From the NCBI GenBank assembly GCA_037127735.1, contig JBAXXU010000010.1, positions 883 to 64,882 on the forward strand: a stretch of DNA of 64,000 nucleotides, read 5' to 3'. The position numbers were made by a program, and so were the translations under genes. Positions 19,138 through 29,258 of this stretch are shown piece by piece. Under the pieces are notes generated by a model. It ran no database searches, was not told where the DNA came from, and was given only the letters and a program-made list of their open reading frames with translations. Position 1 is the first letter of the stretch. Every line of letters starts with the position of its first letter. The DNA comes from Bacteroidota bacterium (lineage in GTDB: Bacteria; Bacteroidota; Bacteroidia; Bacteroidales; VadinHA17).

Positions 19138-19749
19138 TCATGTCCTGAGAACTGAACTGTTGATGATCTCCATCAGCGAAAGCCAGGCACGGCTTTTAAT
19201 CTTATTCAGTTCATCAGGGTAAAGCCATTCAACTTTCGTAATACCCTCATCAGTCTGAGGTTTAGTAATCATTTCCCCATCATATTGCATCAGAAACCAG
19301 TTGGTTTTCTTTAGATAGGAAATACCTTCCCAACTGTAAGTATGATAACTGGGGCTAAGAGGTTTGACAATAGTGTGGCCGGCGATCCCGCACTCTTCGC
19401 TTACCTCCCTCAAAGCACATACTTCAGGTTCTTCACCAGGCTCAATATGCCCCTTCGGAAGATCGAGTTTCCCTTTCTTTTCAATAAAAAGGTATTTGCC
19501 CGAGGGGTGCTTTACCAGGCCGCCTGCAGCGCCTACTTCCGTAAAATATATCCTGAAGATTTTCCAAAGATGCTGAATGTCAGGTCCATAAATATTTATA
19601 GATGTGATGCTTGTATCTGATTGAAAATCAGCGATTATTTTATAAAGTTCTTTAGTATAACAGAATTTATGGAATAAGCCGTATTTTTGTAACCGGTCAG
19701 GTTCAGGGCTTATCATTATGAATCTGTTTTCAAAATGAACTTTAAACAT
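19138..19749 (-). CDS. NUDIX hydrolase
   Basis: 203 aa with Nudix box GHIEPGEEPEVCALREVSEECGI. Confidence 0.85.
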   Translation of the reverse strand: MFKVHFENRFIMISPEPDRLQKYGLFHKFCYTKELYKIIADFQSDTSITSINIYGPDIQHLWKIFRIYFTEVGAAGGLVKHPSGKYLFIEKKGKLDLPKGHIEPGEEPEVCALREVSEECGIAGHTIVKPLSPSYHTYSWEGISYLKKTNWFLMQYDGEMITKPQTDEGITKVEWLYPDELNKIKSRAWLSLMEIINSSVLRT

Positions 19750-19755
19750 TTTCTT

Positions 19756-20388
19756 ATGGAGAATAGTGCAAAAAAAACGGCAGAATATCTTTTACAAATT
19801 AAAGCAATTAAATTGCAAACATCAAATCCTTTTACATGGGCATCGGGATGGAAATCTCCCATTTATTGCGATAATCGTAAGACTCTCTCATTTCCCGAAG
19901 TGAGATCCTATATCCGCGATTCATTTGCTGACATGGTGAAGGAACATTATCCGCGGACAGACATGATTGCCGGTGTGGCAACAGGTGCAATAGCTCATGG
20001 CGCTCTTGTCGCCGATAAGCTTGGACTGCCATTTGTTTATGTAAGGTCAGGAGCAAAGGAGCATGGTCTCGGTAACCAGATTGAGGGCTATTATGAACCA
20101 GGGCAGAATGTAGTAGTTATTGAAGATCTGATATCAACGGGAGGCAGCAGCCTGAACGCCGTAAAGGCTCTGAGGGAAGCCGGTTGTAATGTTTTGGGAA
20201 TGGTGGCAATATTTACTTACGAATTTATAAAAGCATCAGATGCATTTGCAGCAGAAAATTGCATATTGCATACGCTAAGCAACTACTCTGTTCTTCTTGA
20301 AACCGCCGTAGAAACAGGCTATATAGGGCAAGCTGAAGTGGAAACATTGAAAAAATGGAGAATCGATCCTTCAGCGTGGGGGATTTAG
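19756..20388 (+). CDS. pyrE: orotate phosphoribosyltransferase
   Basis: PRPP-binding loop VVVIEDLISTGGS. I prefer the ATG at 19756 (MENSAKK...) over the ORF-track start at 19735, which overlaps the divergent NUDIX gene. Confidence 0.9.
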   Translation: MENSAKKTAEYLLQIKAIKLQTSNPFTWASGWKSPIYCDNRKTLSFPEVRSYIRDSFADMVKEHYPRTDMIAGVATGAIAHGALVADKLGLPFVYVRSGAKEHGLGNQIEGYYEPGQNVVVIEDLISTGGSSLNAVKALREAGCNVLGMVAIFTYEFIKASDAFAAENCILHTLSNYSVLLETAVETGYIGQAEVETLKKWRIDPSAWGI

Positions 20389-20421
20389 GGGGTAAAAATA
20401 AGGGGAATGAAGGGGTAAAAA
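20388..20421. repeat. short G-run/A-run word repeat (GGGGTAAAAA twice)
   Basis: ggggtaaaaa at 20388-20397 and 20412-20421. The same word, aggggtaaaaaa, occurs at 46092-46103. Confidence 0.6.
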
Positions 20422-20431
20422 GGATTTTACT

Positions 20432-20863
20432 ATGGATAATATATCAATTTTTGAAAGCAGGCCCGGTAAAGTAACATGTTCTGCTAAAGATTTATTTAAA
20501 TTTGTGACTGATATCAGAAATTTTGAAAGGTTCATCCAACATGGGACTTTTACTAACTGGCAGGCTGAAAAAGAATCATGCAGTTTTCGTGTATCAATGG
20601 TTGGAAATGTAAGCTTCGGCCTTACTGAAAAAGTGAAGTTTAGTAAAGTGGTTTTTAACGGAGATGCCCTGAAAAAAAATGACTTCTCACTGATTTTGAA
20701 TATATCCGGTAATGATAATGACCCCGCTGAAGTGAAGGTTTCACTTAACGCTGAACTAAATCCGATGCTGAAGTTGGTGGCAGCTAAACCTATCGTCCGG
20801 TTTCTGGAGATACTTATTAATGAAATGGAAAATTTCAGGGGCTGGCAGGAAACTAAAGAATAA
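20432..20863 (+). CDS. hypothetical protein (possibly SRPBCC-fold)
   Basis: 143 aa with no diagnostic motif. The fold guess rests only on size and position after pyrE. Confidence 0.3.
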   Translation: MDNISIFESRPGKVTCSAKDLFKFVTDIRNFERFIQHGTFTNWQAEKESCSFRVSMVGNVSFGLTEKVKFSKVVFNGDALKKNDFSLILNISGNDNDPAEVKVSLNAELNPMLKLVAAKPIVRFLEILINEMENFRGWQETKE

Positions 20864-21593
20864 ATTCCACCTCTTTAAAAAAATACTCAATAATCTTTCC
20901 CGACTGCTTTTCAACCTGTAACCTGCCATCATCAGCAACAGTTACAATACGTCCCTTGAATATGCCCGACTGATCGCGGTAATTACTCCATTCATTCAAA
21001 CGAAAAAGTTGTGAAACATATTCATTTCTGATTTGAACAAAGTATTCTGATATAAGCTGTTTATACCTTCTGTCAATGTCTGAAGCTAACTGATTGAGGC
21101 AAATACTGAGATTAAAGTTTAATCCAGTGAGCAAACTCAGAGAAACAGGATTGGGGGCATCACTTAAAAACCTTTCCTGATTAATATTAAGACCAATTCC
21201 TGCAATGGTTTTTTCAATCTGATTGCCGGTAATGGAGTTCTCAATTAAAATGCCTGCTATTTTGTCATTGTTTACATAAATGTCATTCGGCCATTTTATT
21301 GAACAAAGAGGAATATATCTCTTTAAAAAATCGCAAACCCCAAGCGAGATTGTCATGGAAATAATGAACTGATCGGCCGGATTTATCATCGATGGTAAAA
21401 GCAATATACTGATTAATAAGTTTTTACCATCTTCACTCTCCCATTTGTTGTCCATTTGTCCCTTCCCGGCTGATTGATAATTGGTATAGATGACACACCC
21501 CTCCGGAACGCCATTGCTCTTTAAAAGTTGAGCTGTTTGAGTATTTGTTGATGGCAGGTTTTCAAAAAAAAATAGTTTTGATCCTATTATCAT
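20853..21593 (-). CDS. birA: biotin--[acetyl-CoA-carboxylase] ligase
   Basis: 246 aa with QSAGKGQMDNKWES (GRGRxGRxW-type loop) and KWPNDIYVNNDKIAGILIE. Confidence 0.85.
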   Translation of the reverse strand: MIIGSKLFFFENLPSTNTQTAQLLKSNGVPEGCVIYTNYQSAGKGQMDNKWESEDGKNLLISILLLPSMINPADQFIISMTISLGVCDFLKRYIPLCSIKWPNDIYVNNDKIAGILIENSITGNQIEKTIAGIGLNINQERFLSDAPNPVSLSLLTGLNFNLSICLNQLASDIDRRYKQLISEYFVQIRNEYVSQLFRLNEWSNYRDQSGIFKGRIVTVADDGRLQVEKQSGKIIEYFFKEVEFIL

Positions 21594-21712
21594 GATTAAA
21601 AGACAGTTAATTACCCGTAAATTTTTTTCTCACTTCGGTTCTTCATTATGGTGAAGATTGGCATTGAAATTGCAAAATAGGTTTACAATTGCAAAAATAC
21701 AGATAAAAGTGG

Positions 21713-21720
21713 TACTTTTG
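21713..21720 (+). promoter_or_regulatory. candidate -7 promoter box (TAnnTTTG) for rsfS-ftsH
   Basis: tacttttg lies 30 nt upstream of the ATG at 21750. Confidence 0.4.
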
Positions 21721-21749
21721 TGACTTAATTTCAAATTGATAAAATATTG

Positions 21750-22124
21750 ATGAAGAACAGATCAGACGGAGCCGAAGTCCTTTTAGGCAGCGTTATAAAG
21801 GGAATATTTGAAAAGAAAGGACAGAATGTTCTGAAAATTGATTTAAGAAAACTCGAAAACAGAATAACGGATTATTTTGTTATTTGTCATGCCTCTTCAG
21901 GAACCCAGGTTAGCGCTATTTGCGATTCAATAGATGACTCTGCGCGAAAAGAAGCAGGTGAGAAACCTTCGCATATTGAAGGCCTCGATAATTGTTTCTG
22001 GGTACTTTTAGATTATGGCAACGTGATAGTTCATGTTTTTCTCGAGGAATACAGGAATTTTTATAGTCTGGAGTCCCTCTGGGCTGATGCGGCTATTGAA
22101 GTTATTGAAGATAAAATACAGTAA
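21750..22124 (+). CDS. rsfS: ribosome silencing factor RsfS
   Basis: DYFVICHASSGTQVSAI ... WVLLDYGNVIVHVF. ATG at 21750; the ORF track starts one codon earlier at a TTG. Confidence 0.85.
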   Translation: MKNRSDGAEVLLGSVIKGIFEKKGQNVLKIDLRKLENRITDYFVICHASSGTQVSAICDSIDDSARKEAGEKPSHIEGLDNCFWVLLDYGNVIVHVFLEEYRNFYSLESLWADAAIEVIEDKIQ

Positions 22125-22135
22125 GCTAAATATTT

Positions 22136-24292
22136 ATGGCAGAAAACACTAATAATAATCAGGAACCGGTAAAAATTCCCGATAAAAATTCTAAACCGCG
22201 TTTTAATACTAACTGGATTTTCGCGGTACTTGCAGTATCTGTTATTCTTTTTTCGGTATTCAACGGAGGGAAAACAGCAGAGAAAACCACTACAAGTCAA
22301 ATCAAGGATATGATCGCTAATCGCGCCATTGAAAAAATAATTGTAGTTAATAAGGAACAAGCTGAGTTTTACCTGAAAAAGGAGGCACTGGAATCGGAAA
22401 AATTTAACAAATTACCCAAACCGGGAACAGGATTTGGGATGTCAGGACCGAAACCAAACTTTACATATAATATAGGGGATATCAGCAGCTTTGAACCTTT
22501 TATCTTAGAAGCTCAAAAAAGCGCTGAATATACTGAGAGGGAGCTTATTTACCCTGAATACATAACCCGTAAAAATTATGTTGGTGAAGCGCTCTCATGG
22601 CTGCTGTTTCCTGCATTATTACTTATTTTGTGGCTTTTTCTGATGAAACGGATGTCAGGCGGTGGACCAGGAGGCGCCGGCGGTATCTTCAGCGTTGGTA
22701 AATCGCGTGCACAGATATTTGATAAGGATACAAATGTTAAGTTAAACTTCAACGATGTGGCAGGTCTCGAAGAGGCCAAGACAGAGATTATGGAAATTGT
22801 TGATTTTCTTAAGAATCCAAAAAAATATACTCAGCTTGGGGGTAAAATTCCAAAAGGAGCTCTATTGATTGGCCCTCCGGGAACAGGTAAAACAATGCTT
22901 GCCAAAGCTGTTGCAGGCGAGGCAAACGTACCTTTCTTTTCTATTTCCGGATCAGATTTTGTTGAAATGTTTGTTGGCGTCGGCGCTTCAAGAGTAAGGG
23001 ATCTTTTTAAACAAGCTAAAGAAAAAGCGCCCTGTATTGTCTTTATTGATGAGATAGATGCAGTAGGCAGAGCCCGTGGACGCAATGCAAATTTTGGGTC
23101 AAACGATGAACGTGAAAACACTCTTAACCAACTCCTTACTGAAATGGATGGTTTCGGGACAAATATGGGGGTAATAATCCTTGCTGCAACCAACAGAGCC
23201 GATATTCTTGACAGGGCCCTGATGCGCGCGGGCCGTTTTGACCGTCAGATCCATGTTGAACTGCCTGATCTTAACGAACGGGAAGCTATATTCAAAGTTC
23301 ACCTTCGTCCAATAAAACTTGAGAAGGATTTTGACCTGGGGTTCCTCGCTAAGCAGACACCAGGCTTTTCAGGAGCTGATATCGCTAATGTTTGCAACGA
23401 ATCGGCCCTTATCGCGGCAAGAAAAAACAAAACTGTCGTTGAAAAACAGGATTTTCTCGATGCCGTTGACCGTATTGTTGGTGGTCTGGAAAGGAAAACA
23501 AAGATAATCTCACCTGTTGAAAAAAAGACAATTGCTTATCATGAAGCCGGACACGCTACAGTAAGCTGGCTTCTTGAGCATGCAAGCCCCCTTCTTAAAG
23601 TAACCATTATCCCTCGCGGAAGGGCGCTCGGGGCAGCATGGTACCTTCCCGAAGAGCGGCAGCTTACCACACGCGAACAGATACTCGATGAGATGGCTTA
23701 CGCGCTTGGAGGCAGGGCTTCTGAAAACCTTATCTTCGGAAAAATTTCAACCGGGGCCCTGAGCGACCTCGAAAAAATAACAAAGCAGGCGTATGCTATG
23801 GTGGCCTATTTCGGAATGAGCGAAAAGGTTGGCAATATAAGTTTTTATGATTCATCGGGGCAATCAGATTTCGGATTTACAAAACCATATAGCGAAAAAA
23901 CTGCAGAGCTTATCGATGAGGAGGTTAACCTGATAATTGCAGAGTCGTACGTGAGGGCAAAAGAAGTTCTTAAAAACAATTTGAAAGGACTTACGGAGCT
24001 TGCAGAACTACTTCTGGAAAAAGAGGTAATATTCAGTGAAGATCTTGAAAGGATCTTTGGCAAGAGAAAAGCTGACCGGTTAAAGGAAGAGAAAGAGGCT
24101 GAGGCCGAAGCCAAACTAAAACTCTCTGCAGGTAACATTGAAAATATAGAAGAAGAAAATAAAGGGAAAAAATCAGGCAATTCATCACGGGAGGAGACAA
24201 ATGCCGGGTCAAAGGAAATAGAATCTGTCACAGAAAAAGCGACTCCCAAAAAAACGGTGAAAAAGTCAAAAACAAAAGACGAAGCTAAATAA
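22136..24292 (+). CDS. ftsH: ATP-dependent zinc metalloprotease FtsH
   Basis: 718 aa with Walker A GPPGTGKT, zinc motif HEAGHA, and a K/E-rich C-terminal tail. Confidence 0.97.
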   Translation: MAENTNNNQEPVKIPDKNSKPRFNTNWIFAVLAVSVILFSVFNGGKTAEKTTTSQIKDMIANRAIEKIIVVNKEQAEFYLKKEALESEKFNKLPKPGTGFGMSGPKPNFTYNIGDISSFEPFILEAQKSAEYTERELIYPEYITRKNYVGEALSWLLFPALLLILWLFLMKRMSGGGPGGAGGIFSVGKSRAQIFDKDTNVKLNFNDVAGLEEAKTEIMEIVDFLKNPKKYTQLGGKIPKGALLIGPPGTGKTMLAKAVAGEANVPFFSISGSDFVEMFVGVGASRVRDLFKQAKEKAPCIVFIDEIDAVGRARGRNANFGSNDERENTLNQLLTEMDGFGTNMGVIILAATNRADILDRALMRAGRFDRQIHVELPDLNEREAIFKVHLRPIKLEKDFDLGFLAKQTPGFSGADIANVCNESALIAARKNKTVVEKQDFLDAVDRIVGGLERKTKIISPVEKKTIAYHEAGHATVSWLLEHASPLLKVTIIPRGRALGAAWYLPEERQLTTREQILDEMAYALGGRASENLIFGKISTGALSDLEKITKQAYAMVAYFGMSEKVGNISFYDSSGQSDFGFTKPYSEKTAELIDEEVNLIIAESYVRAKEVLKNNLKGLTELAELLLEKEVIFSEDLERIFGKRKADRLKEEKEAEAEAKLKLSAGNIENIEEENKGKKSGNSSREETNAGSKEIESVTEKATPKKTVKKSKTKDEAK

Positions 24293-24301
24293 ACTGAATT
24301 A

Positions 24302-25144
24302 TTGAACAATTTTTTCAGACGTACCTTAACCGGAGCATGGATAGTGATATTCGTTATGGGAGGCTTATGGCTTCATCCGGTAACATTTTTTCTGACGGGC
24401 CTGGTAATACTCATAGGCACGCAATATGAGTATTATCTTATGATCAGGAACACCGGTGTAAAACCACAAATGATACCGGGTATTATCACAGGGATTACAG
24501 CATATATTATTTCAACACTTATTGCCGCCGGAGTTATACCAAAGAACTCCTTCCTTGTACTGATACCAATGATGTTAATAATTATGGTGGTGGAGCTGTA
24601 CAGGAAACAGGAGAAACCATTTGACTCACTGGCACATACCTTTTTCTCGGTGCTATATACTGCTGTCCCATTTTCAATGTTCTCATTTTCAGCTTTTTCG
24701 CGTTCAGGGCTCAATTCGTTGCTGCCTCATGCGGGCATATCTTTTTCGCCGGGTATTATTATCGGGTTCTTTCTTCTTATATGGGCAAACGACACCGGTG
24801 CTTACCTTACAGGTGCATCTTTCGGCCGTCACAGGCTGTTTGAGCGAATTTCACCGAAAAAAACATGGGAAGGATTTTTTGGAGGAGCCATTATTGCTGC
24901 CCTTGTTGCCTGGTTCCTCTCGGGGTGGCTTGGCGGGGTTGATACATTGCATTGGGTGATTATTTCTCTGATTGTTTCGATTGCAGGTACTTATGGAGAT
25001 CTGTTTGAATCAATGCTGAAAAGAAGTATAGGTGTTAAGGATTCCGGAACAATCATGCCTGGCCATGGTGGATTTCTCGATCGCTTCGACAGTGCAATAA
25101 TTTCATTTCCGCTGGTATATCTTTTTATTACACTTTTTGGATGA
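24302..25144 (+). CDS. cdsA: phosphatidate cytidylyltransferase
   Basis: 280 aa with signature SMLKRSIGVKDSGTIMPGHGGFLDRFDS. TTG start in the ORF track. Confidence 0.9.
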   Translation: MNNFFRRTLTGAWIVIFVMGGLWLHPVTFFLTGLVILIGTQYEYYLMIRNTGVKPQMIPGIITGITAYIISTLIAAGVIPKNSFLVLIPMMLIIMVVELYRKQEKPFDSLAHTFFSVLYTAVPFSMFSFSAFSRSGLNSLLPHAGISFSPGIIIGFFLLIWANDTGAYLTGASFGRHRLFERISPKKTWEGFFGGAIIAALVAWFLSGWLGGVDTLHWVIISLIVSIAGTYGDLFESMLKRSIGVKDSGTIMPGHGGFLDRFDSAIISFPLVYLFITLFG

Positions 25145-25183
25145 TTGACATGACTTGATTAGTTTTGTGCAAATTTTATTGAA

Positions 25184-25846
25184 ATGCGTATTCATATTCA
25201 TAAGGAAGGATATAAGATATTAGCTTTTGGTTTAATAGCCTTGCTGGTCCTTAATATCATTGTTAATATAATCTGGTTAGATATTGTACTTCTCAGATGG
25301 GCCTTTTTAGTATGCTCTTTAATGTTTTATATTTTTATACTCTTTTTCTTCCGGCTTCCGGTCAGGACACTGGAACCTGATTCAGGCCTTATCTATGCTC
25401 CGGCTGACGGGAAAGTGGTTGTTATTGAAGAGACAATGGAAGATGAATATTTCAAAGATATGCGCCTGCAGGTTTCAATTTTTATGTCGCCTTTCAATAT
25501 GCATAGCAACAGGTATCCTGTATCGGGACGGATAAAATATGTTGGTTATCATCACGGGCAGAATATGGTAGCCTGGCATCCGAAATCATCCGAACTGAAT
25601 GAAAGGAGTACAATCGTTATTGAAACAAAAGAGGGAGCTGAGATATTGATAAGACAGATTGCAGGAGCTGTTGCCCGAAGGATAGTGACTTATTCAAAAG
25701 AAAATCAGGACGTTATGCAGGGCGATGAACTTGGCTTCATTAAATTCGGATCGCGGGTAGATGTCTTTTTACCGGTCGGAACTGAAGTTGAAATCCCAAT
25801 CCTTCAACAGGTGAAGGCAAACAAAAGTATTATTGCCAAAATCTGA
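25184..25846 (+). CDS. psd: phosphatidylserine decarboxylase family protein
   Basis: 220 aa with an N-terminal TM region and the GFIKFGSRVDVFLP self-processing-type motif. Adjacent to cdsA. Confidence 0.8.
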   Translation: MRIHIHKEGYKILAFGLIALLVLNIIVNIIWLDIVLLRWAFLVCSLMFYIFILFFFRLPVRTLEPDSGLIYAPADGKVVVIEETMEDEYFKDMRLQVSIFMSPFNMHSNRYPVSGRIKYVGYHHGQNMVAWHPKSSELNERSTIVIETKEGAEILIRQIAGAVARRIVTYSKENQDVMQGDELGFIKFGSRVDVFLPVGTEVEIPILQQVKANKSIIAKI

Positions 25847-25860
25847 AAACGAATTATAAA

Positions 25861-27105
25861 ATGAGCAGGACAGATGACAAAATAATTGATGTTACGAAAG
25901 ATGTTAAGTGGATAGGAGTACTTGATTATGATATCAGAACATTCGATATTGTGATGAATACTGACCACGGAACAACTTATAACTCATATTTTATTAATGC
26001 TGAAAAGAAGGCAATAATTGAGGTTGCCAAAGAAAAATTCAGTGAAACATACCTGCGTAAATTAAGGGTAGTTACTAATCCTGCTGATATTCAGTATATA
26101 ATTCTTGATCATACCGAGCCCGACCACTCAGGAAGCCTCAGGCTTCTTCTCGACCTGGCGCCTTCAGCTACCGTTGTAGGGAGCGGTAATGCCATAAGGT
26201 ATATTGAAGATATTGTTAATGTGCCTTTTAAATCGCTGGTAGTAAAAGATGGCGATACCCTGAACCTTGGGAATAAAACTCTGAAATTCATATCGGCGCC
26301 GAACCTGCATTGGCCTGATTCGATCTATACTCTGCTTGTAGAGGATAAGGTTTTGTTCACATGCGATTCATTTGGGGCACATTACTGCTCTTCAGAGATG
26401 TATAGTGAATTCACTGAAATATATACACGAACATTCAAATACTACTTTGATGTAATAATGAAACCATTCAGCAGGTTTATGCTGAAAGCTATTGAAAAGA
26501 TCAAACCTCTTGATTTTGATTTTATCTGTCCGGGTCATGGGCCAATACACAGTGAAAACCTCGGGAAAGCCATTGAATTATCTGAAGAATATGCTGCCCG
26601 GTATATGCAACTTGTTTCCGGGAAGGATAAAAAAAATATACTGATAGCTTATATATCGGCCTATGGTTATACAAAAGAAGCAGCCCGGCATATTGCTTCC
26701 GGAATCCTTGAGACTGATGGCATTAGCGTGGATATTACAGATATTGAAAATATAACCCCGGATGAATTAGAATCAAAAATAGTTTTGGCAGATGGTATTC
26801 TTGTTGGCTCTCCTACTATTAACCAGAATACTTTACTTCCAGTGTATAAGTTATTTGCTCTTATAAATCCCTTAAGAGATAAAGGGAAATTATGTGGCTC
26901 TTTCGGATCGTTCGGCTGGAGTGGTGAGTCGCCAAAAATAATTCTCGAAAACCTTCGTCTTCTTAAATTAAAAGTATTTGAAGAGACAGCGGCCTTTAAA
27001 TTTTCTCCCGGAGGAACTAAAGAAGAATCTTTAAAAAATTTCGGAAGGAAATTTGCCGGGGAATTCATGTTAGAATGTAGTCAAATAAAGAATCCCGGCA
27101 ATTAG
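25861..27105 (+). CDS. FprA-type flavodiiron protein (metallo-beta-lactamase-like plus flavodoxin domains)
   Basis: 414 aa with the diiron motif DHTEPDHSGS and a C-terminal flavodoxin-like domain. Confidence 0.85.
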   Translation: MSRTDDKIIDVTKDVKWIGVLDYDIRTFDIVMNTDHGTTYNSYFINAEKKAIIEVAKEKFSETYLRKLRVVTNPADIQYIILDHTEPDHSGSLRLLLDLAPSATVVGSGNAIRYIEDIVNVPFKSLVVKDGDTLNLGNKTLKFISAPNLHWPDSIYTLLVEDKVLFTCDSFGAHYCSSEMYSEFTEIYTRTFKYYFDVIMKPFSRFMLKAIEKIKPLDFDFICPGHGPIHSENLGKAIELSEEYAARYMQLVSGKDKKNILIAYISAYGYTKEAARHIASGILETDGISVDITDIENITPDELESKIVLADGILVGSPTINQNTLLPVYKLFALINPLRDKGKLCGSFGSFGWSGESPKIILENLRLLKLKVFEETAAFKFSPGGTKEESLKNFGRKFAGEFMLECSQIKNPGN

Positions 27106-27120
27106 ACGGGATTCTTTATT
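27084..27120. terminator. bidirectional hairpin between convergent fprA-like and hsp20 genes
   Basis: Perfect 14-bp inverted repeat aataaagaatcccg (27084-27097) / cgggattctttatt (27107-27120) with a 9-nt loop. It overlaps the fprA stop codon. Confidence 0.6.
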
Positions 27121-27128
27121 CGGAATGA

Positions 27129-27554
27129 TTACGAAATGTTAATCTGCCTGGGTATCTTGTTCTTTTCCTCCTCCTGTTTTGGAAGTTCTACAGTCAGAAC
27201 CCCCTCTTTGCAGTTTGCTTCTATTTTCTCCCTGTTTGCATTTTCGGGAATGTAGAAACTTCTGCAGAAAGTTGAATAGTTGAACTCTTTTCTTTTATAC
27301 CCATCTCTGTTTTCTTCTTTTTCACTTTTTGTTTCAGATGAGATTGTCAGAACATCCTCATTTATATCAATTTTCAGATCATTCTTGTCAATCCCCGGAA
27401 CAGCAAGTTCAAGAACATAACTCTTTTCATCTTCCCTGATGTTTACAGCCGGCATTGAGCTCGTACTGTTCGATAACACCGGGAAAAAATTGTCGTCAAA
27501 AAGATTCGGCATATAAAACGGCCTGAAACTTCTTCTTGTAATTGTTGGTAACAT
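27129..27554 (-). CDS. Hsp20/alpha-crystallin family small heat-shock protein
   Basis: 141 aa, PAVNIREDEKSYVLELAVPGIDKNDLKIDINEDVLTIS ... GVLTVELPK. Confidence 0.9.
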   Translation of the reverse strand: MLPTITRRSFRPFYMPNLFDDNFFPVLSNSTSSMPAVNIREDEKSYVLELAVPGIDKNDLKIDINEDVLTISSETKSEKEENRDGYKRKEFNYSTFCRSFYIPENANREKIEANCKEGVLTVELPKQEEEKNKIPRQINIS

Positions 27555-27782
27555 GGTTTTGTCCTCCTTTAATTTTAGTTTAATATATATTTAATTACAA
27601 CATCCTCTTTTCAAACTTCGTTCCAAATTAATAAAAATGACATAATGACACTTAATAAAACAAATAAACAGACAATATGGCAGATAAAAGAGGATTGAGT
27701 TCAAACAATTCGCTGGGAGCAGAATGATGTTTTTTAGCGAATTCCGAAAATTTGGATTAGGTTTGTATGAAGAAATGTATTT

Positions 27783-28964
27783 ATGATGAAAGACACGTTA
27801 AGGAACATCCTCATCTTTTTTGGAATTATGCTGCTTCTTGCTTGTGCATGGTATTTCAGGAGTATAGTTGTGTACATTTTAGTATCAGGTGTTTTATCTA
27901 TTATGGGACGTCCTCTTGTAGATTTGTTTTGCAGGATCAGGATAAAGAAATGGTTTTTCCCCAGGCCTCTAAGCGCTCTTCTTACCCTGTTAATTATCTG
28001 GGGAATAATCATATTGTTTTTTGTAATCTTCATCCCTCTGGTGACCACTCAGATTAACTATTTCTCGACCATCGACAGCGAAAAAATTGTTCAGCTGATA
28101 TCAGGGCCTATTAATAAGTTCGAGAATCTGTTCAGAGCAGTCAACAAAGAGATCACAAAGGAACTTTCCATCCAGGATTATATTGTCGGAAAAGTTGCAG
28201 GAGTACTAAGTATAAATATGATACAAAATTTCATTGGATCACTCATCGGTATTCTTGGCAACATACTGGTTGCGATATTCTCAATTACATTTATCACATT
28301 TTTCTTCCTTAAGGATCAGCGTTTATTTTTCGAATCAATTTTAATGTGGGCACCCGACAAATATGTCGATAATGTGACCCGCGCTCTATATTCAATCAAA
28401 AAACTTCTTACAAGATATTTCATTGGAATAGTGATACAAAGCACCTGCATAATGATACTTATTACCATTGGAATGACGATAGCGGGTATCGATTTTCAAC
28501 AGGCTTTGGTTATGGGACTTATCCTTGGTATTTTAAATGTTATCCCTTATGTTGGTCCATGGCTTGGTTTGTTTATTGCAATTATTATGGGAGTTGCTTC
28601 GCACATAAATCAGGATTTTACCCTTGTCGTAGTGCCTCTCGTTACGTATATGTTTATAGTAGAAGCAGTTACGCATCTAATTGACAATATATTATTTCAA
28701 CCGGTTATCTTTTCCAATAGCGTTAAAGCTCACCCTCTTGAAATTTTTGTTGTAGTACTTGCAGCAGGATTCGCAGCAGGAATTCCGGGAATGATTTTAG
28801 GGATACCTGCATATACGGTTATGAGGGTTTTTGCAAGGGAGTTCTTTTATAACTTCAAAGCAGTACAAAGGATCACCTCCAGCCTTTCACCGGAAAATAT
28901 AGGTGGCAAAAAAGTAGTTCCCGACAAAGAAATAGAGGAGACCGGTAATGAAACAGATTCTTAA
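27783..28964 (+). CDS. AI-2E family transporter (PerM-like permease)
   Basis: 393 aa polytopic membrane protein with the block NVIPYVGPWLG. Confidence 0.8.
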   Translation: MMKDTLRNILIFFGIMLLLACAWYFRSIVVYILVSGVLSIMGRPLVDLFCRIRIKKWFFPRPLSALLTLLIIWGIIILFFVIFIPLVTTQINYFSTIDSEKIVQLISGPINKFENLFRAVNKEITKELSIQDYIVGKVAGVLSINMIQNFIGSLIGILGNILVAIFSITFITFFFLKDQRLFFESILMWAPDKYVDNVTRALYSIKKLLTRYFIGIVIQSTCIMILITIGMTIAGIDFQQALVMGLILGILNVIPYVGPWLGLFIAIIMGVASHINQDFTLVVVPLVTYMFIVEAVTHLIDNILFQPVIFSNSVKAHPLEIFVVVLAAGFAAGIPGMILGIPAYTVMRVFAREFFYNFKAVQRITSSLSPENIGGKKVVPDKEIEETGNETDS

Positions 28965-29018
28965 TCCTGCTGTAAGGAATCTGTCTGAGCCTGGCAAATT
29001 TGGTCAACTATCGAATAA

Positions 29019-29258
29019 ATGAACCAAATATTTTCTGTTTTAAGACGACTGTTAAGATTTTATCTTGAAGGTTTCAGGAATATGTCTGGTTGGGGGAAAA
29101 AGGTTTGGATAATCATCATCATTAAGGTTTTTATTATGTTTGTTATATTGAAGGTCTTCTTTTTTCCGGATTTTCTTAAGACAAAATTTGATAATGATAA
29201 ACAGAGAAGTGAATATGTTATGGATCAATTAATTAATTCACCTGTTACCCATGATTGA
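29019..29258 (+). CDS. small membrane protein preceding cydAB (DUF4492-like)
   Basis: 79 aa with one TM segment. Overlaps the cydA start by 8 nt. This position is typical for DUF4492 in Bacteroidota (from memory). Confidence 0.6.
   Translation: MNQIFSVLRRLLRFYLEGFRNMSGWGKKVWIIIIIKVFIMFVILKVFFFPDFLKTKFDNDKQRSEYVMDQLINSPVTHD

Noticed and set aside
23845-24309. 154-aa minus-strand ORF
   Set aside because: It is antisense to the K/E-rich tail of ftsH. The Ser/Phe-rich low-complexity translation is typical of the reverse frame of a Lys/Glu-rich region.
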